A stretch of DNA of 64,000 nt from Macrostomum lignano (GCA_002269645.1 NIVC01002109.1:1-64000); one strand, 5' to 3'. Shown: positions 14,291-25,771, counted from the first letter of the stretch. Numbers and translations are program-made. Notes: generated by a model not told the origin, from the sequence alone.

Positions 14291-17200
14291 CGTTTGAAAA
14301 AACCTCTCACGCATTGGCAACTCTAACCAAGGTAACTGAGAAATAAATAAGATAGTCACAAAGGTAAAAAAATATAAGAATTATGGTAAACCGATATTTC
14401 GGCCGTGAATTGGCCTTCGTCAGGGTTTTACAATAGTATAATTGTGCTATAAAATGGAACGAAGTTTATATTTTAAGTGGGAAATAAAATGTATTGTGAG
14501 TTAGTTTATAAAAAATCAAATAGGGTCTCCGTCGCACGTTGCTCAATAGTGCTCACTCTGAAATTTTAATCAATACCATCAGTGAGGGCAGGCAGTTTTG
14601 AGGGGCAAAGAATGTCCTTTAGAGAGGGTGCTCGAGTGTACGCAGCAACAGTGTCCAACCCATGTGCATGGTTTGAGAGAACAGTGCGAATTTCGTGTAC
14701 AATATTAGTCGATCTATCCGTAAAAGTAATAACTATTGGGATACAAGCGCTTGTGTTGCTGTTAATTGTATTGAGGCCTGCAGGTGACTGCGTGCTCAGC
14801 AGGGAGATGAGTTTCTGTTCCATGACCCTGCGTCTGCGTAGCGCTCCTTCTTTGCTGGTCTCGCTCTCGGTGCTGAGATACCAGAGCCCCATGAAGCGAA
14901 GATCGTCGAGGCAGTGATTCGGAGGGCAAAAATGTCTGCTAACAGGGGTGTCCTTAGCGAGCCTAATGTCACTTAGGTGGGCCTGGAGTCTGACCTTGAT
15001 AGCTCCACCTGTTTCGCCGACATAAATGCAACGGCCATTGCAGGTATTGCAAAGAATTGCGTAGACCGCGCACCTGGAGTCACAGCGGACCTTCTGGCAA
15101 ATTCTGTAGGCCATTTTAGTTGCTGTGGAACCGGGACAAACTTGGCCAAAGCAGCCGTGTCGTCGGCATACAGCACAGTCTCGGTTTCTGCAGTCTTGAA
15201 AGCCGAAAGCCCACTGAAAATCTATGTAAAGTCCAAGTTGTATGAGAGCTGACTTTTTAGCGTCTCGGATCAAGCGGACCAAGTGTCCCTGCTTTTTAAG
15301 GATGCTCATCAGGCTGCTGCTAGCCTTGTCAAAGTCCTCTTTGAAGGTGCAGCGGCGAGCGTAGCGGAGAAACTGGGATTTCATGATGCCTTTGAATGTG
15401 TGCTTTGGGTGAAAATAATTCGGGTTCAATAATTGGCGGGAATCCGTGGGTTTGAAGTAGATCGAGCAGGTTAATCTCTTCCTGTTGTCTTCGTTAGTCA
15501 AAGAGACACAGCAGTCCAAAAAGTTGATTTTATCTCTACTGTATTGCATTGTGAGGCGTATGTTATTGTCGCAGCTGTTCAGATGTCTGTGTAGCTGCTC
15601 CAGTTGTGCCTCCGTCCCGATGAAAGTCATGAAAATATCATCAATGTAGCGCTTGTAAGGGGCAAAAGGAGCTGTGTTCAAAGCTTTGGACTCCCAATCG
15701 GACATGAAAATATTGGCATAGGATGGAGCAAAAGATTTTCCCATGCTTGTGCCCTTAACCTGCAGATAGCGTTTTTCGTTGAACACCATGTCATTCTTAG
15801 TCAGATTGATGTCAAGGAGCTCCAGTAGTTTCTCGTCAGGTCTTGATGGTTGAGGAAAGTTTTGAAAAGCGTCCCTAACAGCTTTAATCCCCTTCTCCGT
15901 AGGTATGTTCGTGTACAAGGATTCGACATCCATTGTGACCAGGAAGACGCTCTCTTCTTTGTCGTACGTCAAGTCGTGAATAGCTGCTTGAAAGTGATCA
16001 GTGTCTCTAATGAAGGAGTTCTGTTCCTTGGCAATAGGCTGCAGATAGAGATCGATGAACCTGGCACTCATGTAACTTTCGGAGTTGCAGTCAGAGACAA
16101 TGGGTCGGCCTGGAGGGATTCCACGGGTTGGCCAAGTCTCCGGATCCTTGTGAATTTTCGGAAGTAGATAGAAAATCCTATCCCTCGGCTCCGCAGGTGG
16201 AACCAGCTGGGAATATTGGTGATTATTGATGACCTTTTCGTCTCTCAAATCTTGAAAGATTTTTTTGATTCGAGGAGCGGTTTGGATTCTCGAAGCCGAA
16301 TCAATCGGTTTATAGAAGCTGGAATTAGAAAGTTGTCTGCTGGCTTCTGCTATGTAATCCTCGCGGTTTAAGACTACCAGGTTACTGCCTTTGTCGGCAG
16401 GCTTAATGACGATACTTTTGTTGTTGCGGAGACTTTGCAGTGCATGTCGAAGGTCCTGTGGCAAATTTGGTTTGTTGGAAATGACTTCTGGGATTTTGAC
16501 TTTGTCCAGCGCATCAAAGAGGTCTTTGTGTGACTGCCACTTATCCAGATTGATGTTAGGAATTGAGGCGCGTCTTGTTGCGTGCAGAGTGAAAGCACAG
16601 GTTCGGCGCTGGAGAAGGGAGTTCAGCGCGATTCGCTGTTTGAAGTTCCTGACGGACTCGAAAAGAAGTTCAGAACCTATCCGTAAAGGGGCTGGCACGA
16701 AGTTTTTCCCCATTTCTAAAACTTGAGTTTCGCTTTCAGACAGAGTGACACTAGATAGGTTGAGCACAGAGCTGCTGCTAGCAGTCTCTGTCCTGTCTAG
16801 TTTTTTGGACTTTATTGTATGCAATGCGGAACGCTTTCGAAGAGGACTCGTTCGACATTGTGATATGGTTGGGACAGAAGGATAGACTACCTGCTGCCAA
16901 AGCAATATGGTTGCTCTTGTTGAGAGTGCGGAGGTGGCGGTTTACTTTTTCCGCTGCTTGTCGGAGGTTGTCAGGTGCATCGGGAGCAACTACCTGATCG
17001 GCCGTATAGACCTTGGCTTTGGGAAAGGCTCTACCACAATGATTGAAGATTGTGGTCAGCTGCTTGTCGATAACGCCTTCAAACTGTCTTTGAAGGTCCT
17101 GGCCCCATGGGAACAGGATCACACTCTTGACGTTCGACACGGGGTTGGCTGCCTGTTCGCGAAGTAGCTTGACTAAGTTTTCAGCTCTTAAGTTAGGAAA

Positions 17201-18858
17201 AATTTCGAATTGGATCTCCGGGTGCTCCGCTGCTGGCTGAGACAGGGTTTCATCTCCAATCACTACTGTCTGTTTAACCACGGAGGACAATTTCCAATTC
17301 TTCTTGGGACCTTTGTGGATCACCACAGTAGATGGTGGTGCGGTTGGTGCTGGGTCCGAAGACTGCTCGAGTTGGTCAGGCTGACCCTCATCAAGGCTGG
17401 AGTCGACCGCATGTGCGTCGGTTTCTGTGGCCTCTGTGGACTGCGAATGCATCTCAGCAGTTTCGTTCGAGGGTGTCAAAAAGATCGGTGATTGAGCACT
17501 GTCTAGGCTAGCACCTGCACTGATGCTGCCGGTAGCAGGTGGGGATGTCTGATCGCAGACCACCCCGTGTCGAGCTCCTGAGCACAGGCAGCCCGACCCT
17601 GCGACTCGTCTGGATTAGCTCTACTAGGAAGTGAGGGAGGTACATGTACAGAGCATGCGATGTCTTCACTGGTAGCTCTGTTGCTTTGCTCAGGTGGGAA
17701 TGTCTGGTCACAGACCATTCCCGTGTCAAGCTCTTGAGCGCAAGCAGCTTGACCCTGATTTTGGACATCTTGCTCTTGTGATAGCGCTACAATAGACGGA
17801 GACGGTGGTTCATTGCTCGCCGTCATTTCTCGGTGGCTAAGCATGCTTGGTTCCTCATTGAACTCGCATGAGTCCCAGGACACTTCATCCACAGCAAGGC
17901 TGCAGTACCCAATCTGTTGTGTCACCTGACTGCTCTGAAGACTGTCACTAATCTCAATGGGATGCTGGGTATTAGACTGAATGTCTGTGACAACATTGGT
18001 CCCATGAGAGGTGTTTTGTGGGTTTTGTGGCCCTACAGTAGGAAAAGTACATACATGGAGGAGCTCACCAGTGTTCTCGAGTCCAGGTACCTTCAGTCGA
18101 TGGTTCAACCTTTGCAACTCGTTCTGAAGTTCGCCGGGAGAGATGTTGAACCTCTTCCCCTGGTCCTTCGAGGCCCAGCGGAAGCCCACCTGCCAGCCTG
18201 TCCTCAGTGTGTCTTGGTCAACGTTGCCGGAGGCCTCTAGCAATTCGTCCGCAGTGTTGATCATGCAAAGCTGGTAGTGGCCCTCCATCGTGTCCTGTGT
18301 GCTAGTTTCCCAGGCCTCCGCGTTCTCCTTAACTCGTTTGATGGTTCCGTCGTTAGGCATAGCCGGTCGGATGAAGGATTCTAGCTGTTCAGCTTTTTTA
18401 TGTACACTTGTAGGCACATTGCGCCAGTTATTCAAGTGGTGGGCAGCCCGAAAGAGTTTCTTAGACAGGCGAGCGAGTTGAGATGCGTCATTCGGTAGAG
18501 CCACTGCGGCGTGGGCGCGAGGGTCAGTATCTTTTCTTCGAGAATCACGTCGCTCGTCATTGTGTTTCATAGTTCGTCGAGGTTCGTTGTCGTTGCGGCG
18601 AGATTTAAAGTTGTTACCTCGAGCCTCACCCTGAGCACGGTGAGGTACGCCGCGGTTCCGGCGATCGTTCCAGGACTTTTCCCGTTGTTGGTGCGCCCAT
18701 CTAGCAGCGTCTGGAGGCCTGTGGTCTGGCCGTGAGCGGTGTTGATGCCCTCCAGTGCGGGTGTTTTGATGTTGTCGGTAATTTCGCTCAGCAGGTTTTC
18801 TTTCAGAATTGTGCCATGTGCGGCTGCTTCTCGGCATTCTCATAGATAGATAGATAGG

Positions 18859-18905
<47 letters not shown>

Positions 18906-19273
18906 TAGATAGCGAGAAAGAGCGAGCGAAGCGAGCTCTTTCGAGCTTGCTTGCCGCAGCCAATCACGCTGAAAGCACGCACACAAGATCACCGGAAACG
19001 ATTAAGGCAGCTGGAAAGCCAATGGGCGCGGTAAGCGCTTTTATCCAGAGGAACTACTTACTGGAACCAGCCATGCCGAACGAAAATCAGACTACTCAAG
19101 TAGTGCAAAAGAGTGCGAGCAACTACCGAGAAATCTAATTTTCGTAACCGCTCCGGTGCAGGTCCTGGCAATAGATGGTAGATAGCGAGAAAGAGCGAGC
19201 GAAGCGAGCTCTTTCGAGCTTGCTTGCCGCAGCCAATCACGCTGAAAGCACGCACACAAGATACATAGATAGG

Positions 19274-19320
<47 letters not shown>

Positions 19321-19321
19321 G

Positions 19322-19361
<40 letters not shown>

Positions 19362-19362
19362 G

Positions 19363-19393
<31 letters not shown>

Positions 19394-19394
19394 G

Positions 19395-19432
<38 letters not shown>

Positions 19433-19433
19433 G

Positions 19434-19464
<31 letters not shown>

Positions 19465-19465
19465 G

Positions 19466-19508
<43 letters not shown>

Positions 19509-19509
19509 G

Positions 19510-19583
<74 letters not shown>

Positions 19584-22144
19584 CAGTAGATAGATAGATA
19601 GGTAGGTAGGTAAGATCGATAGATATATACATACATACATACATACATACATACATACAGACATACATACAGCATACATACAGACAGACATACATACATA
19701 CATACATACATACAGACATACATACAGACATACATACATACATACATACAGACATACATACAGACATACATACAGACAGACATACATACATACATACAGA
19801 CATACATACATGCATACATACATACATACATACATACATACATACAGACATACATACATGCATACATACATACAGACATACATGCATACATACATACATA
19901 CATACATACATACAGACATACATACATACATACATACATACATACAGACATACATACATACATACATACATACATACAGACATACATACATGCATACATA
20001 CATACAGACAGACATACATACATACATACAGACATACATACATGCATACATACATACATACATACGTACATACTAAAATAGTACTACTAAGATCTCCTAT
20101 CAGTTAAGCACCAGCAATATGCTCAAAGCTATTTGTCGAAACTCAATCGCCGCCCAGATCTGGCAGTGCGGCGGCCGCATGGTGGACACGGGCTGCAGCC
20201 GGATCGGCCACGTGTACCGCAAATACGCCCCGTTCCCCAACCCGGGCGTTGGCGATTTCATCGGTCGCAACTATCGCCGCGTAGCCGAAGTGTGGATGGA
20301 CGAATATGCCGAGTACATTTACAATCGCCGACCGCATTATAAATCCATACCGGCCGGTGATTTAACTTCTCAACGCGAAATTAGAGAACGATTGCACTGC
20401 AAACCGTTTAAATGGTTTATGACTAACGTGGCCTTTGATCTGCCGCTCCGCTATCCGCCTGTTGAGCCGCCCAGCGCGGCCAGCGGTGAAATTCGTAGCG
20501 CGGCAGACGCCAGCCTGTGCATCGATACCAGATTCAAAGGCGGCATGCAGAGCTTCGGCTTGGCCAAGTGTATTAAAGGTTTGTAGCCTTATGTTATTAT
20601 GCTATCCACCGGTCTCATTTAATTGTCTCCTACAGAGCATTTCTGTCTTGATGAAGCACTCCTGTGTCTTCTCAAAAACCAATCCCCTGTCTTTCTCGAA
20701 GCACTGCCCTGTGCCTGACCTCCAAAGCACTCTCATTTCACCCTCAAAGCACTCCCCTGTCACCCTCAAAGCACTCCCCTGTCACCCTCAAATCACCCCT
20801 GTCACCCTCAAAGCACCCCTGTCACCCTCAAAGCACCCCTGTCACCCTCAAATCACCCCTGTCACCCTCAAAGCACTCCCCTGTCACCCTCAAAGCACCC
20901 CTGTCACCCTTAAAGCACCCCTGTCACCCTCAAAGCACTCCCCTGTCACCCTCAAATCACCCCTGTCACCCTCAAAGCACTCCCCTGTCACCCTCAAATC
21001 ACCCCTGTCACCCTCAAATCACCCCTGTCACCCTCAAATCACCCCTGTCACCCTCAAAGCACTCCCCTGTCTCTCAAATCACCCCCCTGTCTCTCAAATC
21101 ACTCCCCTGTCTCTCAAATCATCCCCTGTCTCCCAAATCACTCCCCTGTCTCAAAGCACTCCCCTGTCTGCTAAGCACTCCCCTGTCTCTCATATCACTC
21201 CCCTGTCTCCCAAATCACTCCCCTGTCTCTCAAATCATCCCCTGTCTCTCAAACCACTCCCCTGTCTCTCAAATCACTCCCCTGTCTCTCAAATCACTCC
21301 CCTGTCTCTCAAATCACTCCCCTGTCTCCCAAATCACTCCCCTGTCTCTCAAATCACTCCCCTGTCTCTTAAATCACTCCCCTGTCTGTCAAATCACTCC
21401 CCTGTCTCTCAAATCACTCCCCTGTCTCAAAGCACTCCCCTGTCTGTTAAGCACTCCCTGTCTCTCAAATCACTCCCCTGTCTCAAAGCACTCCCCTGTC
21501 TCAAAGCACTCCCCTGTCTGTTAAGCACTCCCTGTCTCTCAAATCACTCCCCTGTCTGTTAAGCACTCCCTGTCTCTCAAATCACTCCCCTGTCTGTTAA
21601 GCACTCCCCTGTCTCTCAAAGCACTTCCCTGTCTGTTAAGCACTCCCCTTGTCTCTCAAATCACTCCCCTGTCTCTCAAATCACTCCCCTGTCTCTCAAA
21701 TCACTCCCCTGTCTCTCAAATCACTCCCCTGTCTCTCAAATCACTCCCCTGTCCGCCCCATTCCCAATAGCCTAGACCCTATCTAACCAAGCCAACCCTC
21801 ACTCAACAGGCGGCGGCGGCCTATCTGGTGAGCAGAATTTCATATTCACATTCCGCAAAGACATTCACCCAGCCGATCGAGCCTTCTGTTTCGACGTGTC
21901 CCAGCACGCTGTGAAAGCTCCGGTGATTCTGTACCAGTGCCATTATCAGAAAGGCAACCAGCACTGGAAGATCAACCCCAATACTGGTCAGCTGTATCAC
22001 GTTGCCTCTCGCTTGTGCTTGGATAGCGAGCCGGCCCGACTGGAGATATTCATGAATTCTTGCAATCCTGCCAGGCAAACTCAGCTATGGAAATGGGGCA
22101 CCACCGATGCGAAGCAGCTGGAAAGAGATTGGGCCAATAACTAG
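9415..22144 (+). CDS. GALNT10: Polypeptide N-acetylgalactosaminyltransferase, GALNT10/17-like; exons 9415-9648, 10253-10617, 11982-12441, 20158-20578, 21810-22144
   Basis: Type II TM anchor; DWHDYK|AIEAE..GPGEQG; SIIIPFHEE; VILVDDFS; DXH motif FLDSHCE; [11 protein letters not shown]|IWQCGG; ricin-B lectin C-terminus ([10 protein letters not shown]). All junctions are GT-AG with matching phases. The exon list shows 5 coding segments. Confidence 0.93.
9700..10215. repeat. 32-bp minisatellite (GAATCTGTATCTTCCCACTTCCGGTCTATATT) filling GALNT intron 1
   Basis: About 16 copies. Confidence 0.95.
10795..11955. repeat. 22-bp minisatellite (GAAATGCTTAGATTAACTATTC) in GALNT intron 2
   Basis: About 50 copies, running to ~25 nt before the acceptor. 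Confidence 0.95.
12555..13265. repeat. 23-bp minisatellite (ATATCTGTAAACAGTAGCTGAGA) in GALNT intron 3
   Basis: About 30 copies. Confidence 0.95.
13854..14290. repeat. (GATA)n microsatellite at the 3' flank of the Penelope-like element
   Basis: Direct reading. The variant block GATAAATAGATCGATAGATAGATAGATGATATATA recurs within it. Confidence 0.95.
14388..14428 (-). ncRNA. Minimal type I hammerhead ribozyme in the PLE 3' UTR
   Basis: Minus strand AAACC-CUGACGA-A-GGCC-aauucac-GGCC-GAAA-UA-UC-GGUUU: intact core, stem I AAACC/GGUUU, stem II GGCC/GGCC, palindromic AUAU in place of stem III. Predicted AUC cleavage between 14393 and 14392. Confidence 0.85.
14566..16905 (-). CDS. PLE ORF2: reverse transcriptase + Cys-rich linker + GIY-YIG endonuclease
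   Basis: [21 protein letters not shown]; FYLLPKIHK; GRPIVS; [11 protein letters not shown]; [17 protein letters not shown]; RYIDDIF; INFLD; YFKPTD; CRNRDCAVC; [22 protein letters not shown]; R..EQKLI..L.T..P.GLN. Confidence 0.95.
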   Translation of the reverse strand: MLWQQVVYPSVPTISQCRTSPLRKRSALHTIKSKKLDRTETASSSSVLNLSSVTLSESETQVLEMGKNFVPAPLRIGSELLFESVRNFKQRIALNSLLQRRTCAFTLHATRRASIPNINLDKWQSHKDLFDALDKVKIPEVISNKPNLPQDLRHALQSLRNNKSIVIKPADKGSNLVVLNREDYIAEASRQLSNSSFYKPIDSASRIQTAPRIKKIFQDLRDEKVINNHQYSQLVPPAEPRDRIFYLLPKIHKDPETWPTRGIPPGRPIVSDCNSESYMSARFIDLYLQPIAKEQNSFIRDTDHFQAAIHDLTYDKEESVFLVTMDVESLYTNIPTEKGIKAVRDAFQNFPQPSRPDEKLLELLDINLTKNDMVFNEKRYLQVKGTSMGKSFAPSYANIFMSDWESKALNTAPFAPYKRYIDDIFMTFIGTEAQLEQLHRHLNSCDNNIRLTMQYSRDKINFLDCCVSLTNEDNRKRLTCSIYFKPTDSRQLLNPNYFHPKHTFKGIMKSQFLRYARRCTFKEDFDKASSSLMSILKKQGHLVRLIRDAKKSALIQLGLYIDFQWAFGFQDCRNRDCAVCRRHGCFGQVCPGSTATKMAYRICQKVRCDSRCAVYAILCNTCNGRCIYVGETGGAIKVRLQAHLSDIRLAKDTPVSRHFCPPNHCLDDLRFMGLWYLSTESETSKEGALRRRRVMEQKLISLLSTQSPAGLNTINSNTSACIPIVITFTDRSTNIVHEIRTVLSNHAHGLDTVAAYTRAPSLKDILCPSKLPALTDGID
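16778..18843 (-). CDS. PLE ORF1 (ATG at 18843), split by a 1-nt frameshift at ~17563-17566; basic N-terminus, helical core, degenerate SGNH/esterase-like C-terminal domain
   Basis: Track ORFs 17503-18963 and 16778-17563 join at an internal duplication ([15 protein letters not shown]). The C-terminus [35 protein letters not shown] follows the SGNH motif order, which is my inference. Confidence 0.65.
18905..19262 (-). repeat. 85-bp direct repeat (18905-18989 and 19178-19262) bracketing a ~190-bp unique spacer at the PLE 5' end
   Basis: GTAGATAGCGAGAAAG...ACACAAGAT occurs twice and both copies abut GATA repeats. Confidence 0.9.
19263..20072. repeat. Compound (GATA)n-(CATA)n microsatellite
   Basis: Direct reading; the unit switches near 19625. 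Confidence 0.95.
20735..21752. repeat. ~21-22-bp C-rich minisatellite (CACCCTCAAAGCACTCCCCTGT grading into CTCTCAAATCACTCCCCTGT) in GALNT intron 4
   Basis: Direct reading. Confidence 0.95.
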
Positions 22145-23284
22145 ATTGATGTTAATTTAATAATGCTTTAGTATAAATCAAATATTAAACTTTGCTTTTG
22201 TTTTTTATATGTTTATAACTCTCATTTCGTTTACCTGTCGCTTCTTCCAAGTCTGCCAAAATTGGGTTGGTTAGATGATCAATATCTATTAATAATACAA
22301 TAAATATTAATTCTTGAGAACCAGAATATTTTTAAACTACTCATAAGTAGCATAAAAAGATTTTATGGTTTCTCATCTAGTCTGATTTCGTTTAGCTAGC
22401 CATTGGAATTATTAATTCCAAATGTCCATATTATTAAATTAAGTTGTGCGTACTCATTTTTTCTTACTGGTGGTTAACTTTTTTACAGGCGAATTGAGGT
22501 TTGTCACAGGTTCTTCATTTCAAACAACAGGATTTTTTTACTGCTAAAGTCACACACTGTTGATTTCGTTTTTTATAAGCATACGCTATGCATACTACTG
22601 GGTAGTAGATGAGTAGTGTCATGATGATTTTCAGGAAATACAGCGACTATAACGTAAATAGTTTGTCACTATTTTTTCTGGCTTAGTTGTGGCTCTGCTG
22701 AATAATCATATTTATTTATTGATTGATTTTGTAATCTAGATTAATTCAAATGCCAAATCAGTGTGTGTAAGCCATGGCTGTGTTATTAGCATATTATTGG
22801 TATAGGTATATACTTTCATCAAATACTACACTACACAATATGTAAATTAGTTATGGTACATTGTAATATCCCTCACATATTTAAAGCATTATTTTATTAC
22901 TGTGTTCTGATTAATTGATAGAAAGTTATGCACTATTGTTAATTTCAAGTAAGCTTACTGCTGTAGAACGTTTACTTTTGATAAATTTGATCAAGTATTT
23001 AAATGATTTGAAGATATAAATCTGAATTTCATCCGGTCACCTGCTGTCAAATTTATTATAACAAATGCTAACTGCTAGTAGAGTTTTTGTTTTATTTCAT
23101 GAAAAATGATTTTCAAACTTATGATTTTAGTTAGTTATGCCACACATTTATTGCTTATCAATGACGTAAATGGAAATCAAAAACTCATGTCACGTCTAAA
23201 ATGCTGTGCCTAACTGATATACTGCTGTAAACCTTGCTGTTGTTGTCTTTGCTGTTTTTTAGATAACTTGCAGACTTGAAAAAG

Positions 23285-23935
<651 letters not shown>

Positions 23936-23996
23936 AGCCGCCCTCAATACTCCAGCGCCAGCAGCAGCAGCCAGAACACCTGAAGCAAGCCAAGCA

Positions 23997-25771
23997 ATGA
24001 CGTCGGCACCGCAGGCTACAAAGCGAACATTTTTCACGTCAATCGACTGGGCGGCTCTGAGCAGCGCCGGCAGCGACGGCTGCGACATTCGGGTGGCCGG
24101 GCTGTGCGCGCTTGGCGAAGCCGTGTCCGAGTTTTTCGACCAGCTCGGCGTGTCGTTCAAGCCGGCCAGAAACGATGTGGCCGGCAATGTGAGAAAAATG
24201 ACGGACGCGGCCAAGCAGCTGGACTCGGCGCCCGCTGCCGGGGCTGAGGAGTTTCAGACGGGCAGCGGTGAGATTCTGAGGCTGATGCTTTGGTCCTGAT
24301 GGTGCCAGGGTGGATTGAGTAGAGTGACGGGGTAGATGGGACATTTCGATAGATTTTTAGGGATTTAGGGGTAGATAATAGCGATAGATAGTTGTTTGTA
24401 GTAGATGGGGTTGTAGTTTAGGGTAGATGGGATAGGTAGTTTAGGGTAGATGGGATAGGTAGTTTATGGTAGATGGAGTAAGTAGTTTAGGGTAGATGGG
24501 ATAGGTAGTTTAGGGTAGATAAGATAGGTAGTTTAGGGTAGATGGGGTAAGTAGTTTAGGGTAGATGGGATAGGTAGTTTATGGTAGATGGAGTAAGTAG
24601 TTTAGGGTAGATGGGGTAAGTAGTTTAGGGTAGATGGGATAGGTAGTTTATGGTAGATGGAGTAAGTAGTTTAGGGTAGATGGGGTAAGTAGTTTAGGGT
24701 AGATGGGATAGGTAGTTTATGGTAGATAGAGTAAGTAGTTTAGGGTAGATGGGGTAAGTAGTTTAGGGTAGATGGGGTAAGTAGTTTAGGGTAGATTGGG
24801 TAAGTAGTTTATGGTAGATGGGGTAAGTAGTTTAGGGTAGCTGAGATAAGGTAGTTTAGGGTAGATGGGATAGGTAGTTTAGGGTAGATGGGGTAGGTAG
24901 TTTATGGTAGATGGAGTAAGTAGTTTAGGGTAGCTGAGATAAGGTAGTTTAGGGTAGATGGGGTAGGTAGTTTATGGTAGATGGAGTAAGTAGTTTAGGG
25001 TAGCTGAGATAAGGTAGTTTAGGGTAGATGGGGTAGGTAGTTTATGGTAGATGGAGTAAGTAGTTTAGGGTCGATGGGGTAGTATATTAGGGTAGATGTG
25101 TTGGTAGTTTAGGAAAGATGTGTTAGTAGCTCGTAGTTTAAGGTAAATAGTTGTTTAGACGGTAGATAAGATTGGCGTACTCTTTATAACCATATATACA
25201 AAGATATGTAGATATGTACTATATATAAAAATATACAAAGTACATTTTACGAATATTTCTTATCGTATTAAAGCATTATGCCAATATTCCCACAGTTGGC
25301 CATCTGCTCCAGTCTGAGCAAGCCAGCGGCTTAGCGGCCAAGGACCCCAGCGGTACAATTGGACTGTTATGGTTCAAACGGGCTCTGGAATACCTGTACG
25401 CTCTGCTGTGCCTAGTTCACTCTAGCCGGGCTCGAACCGGCGACTTTGGCATGGCTGAGCTGTGCAGGCGAGCCTACGAGGCCACTCTGAAGCCGCGACA
25501 CTCCTGGCTGGTGCAGAAAACCTTTGGCTTGGTGATTTCTACTTCACCAAAGCGTAGCCAGTTTCTAGCCAGAGTGACCTACGGAGACGATAGCGTTAAC
25601 GAGGACGAGCTCTACGAGTCTATGGCCGCTAGTCTGGTTGCTATGCGTCGCCTATTGGAGTGCTTGAACGCGGCGCTGTGCCGTTACAACGTAGAGTCTC
25701 CACCGGTGCCAGATTTGGCGGCTCTATCGCCAGCGGGTACGGAGTCGCCTGCTGGAGCTGTTGAGCAATAG
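23997..25771 (+). CDS. GLTP: Glycolipid transfer protein family; exons 23997-24267 and 25296-25771
   Basis: FFDQLGVSFKPARNDVAGNVRK; phase-1 splice gives GS-V-GHLL; GTIGLLWFKRALEY; AYEATLKPRHSWLVQKTF. These are GLTP-fold motifs. Confidence 0.85.
24410..25085. repeat. 23-bp G-rich minisatellite (TAGGTAGTTTAGGGTAGATGGGA) in the GLTP intron
   Basis: About 29 copies, most containing TTAGGG. Confidence 0.95.

Larger units (their letters stand above)
14291..19262 (-). mobile_element. Penelope-like retroelement (Neptune-type architecture), near full length, antisense within GALNT intron 3
   Basis: ORF1, then RT/GIY-YIG ORF2, then a 3' UTR with a hammerhead core. (GATA)n arrays on both sides. Confidence 0.9.

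Noticed and set aside
12459-14359. Long ORFs such as [10 protein letters not shown].. and YLSIYLSI.. (also 19058-20076, 20435-21562, 23185-24214, 27860-28318, 39297-40154, 43073-43748, 52852-53210, 54529-55038, 57020-57653)
   Set aside because: They are translations of stop-free tandem repeats inside introns or spacers.
14582-18735. Plus-strand ORFs over the PLE (and antisense ORFs over the RTE, lectin, AP5M1 and GALNT exons)
   Set aside because: Shadow ORFs of GC-rich coding sequence on the opposite strand or in another frame, with no motifs.
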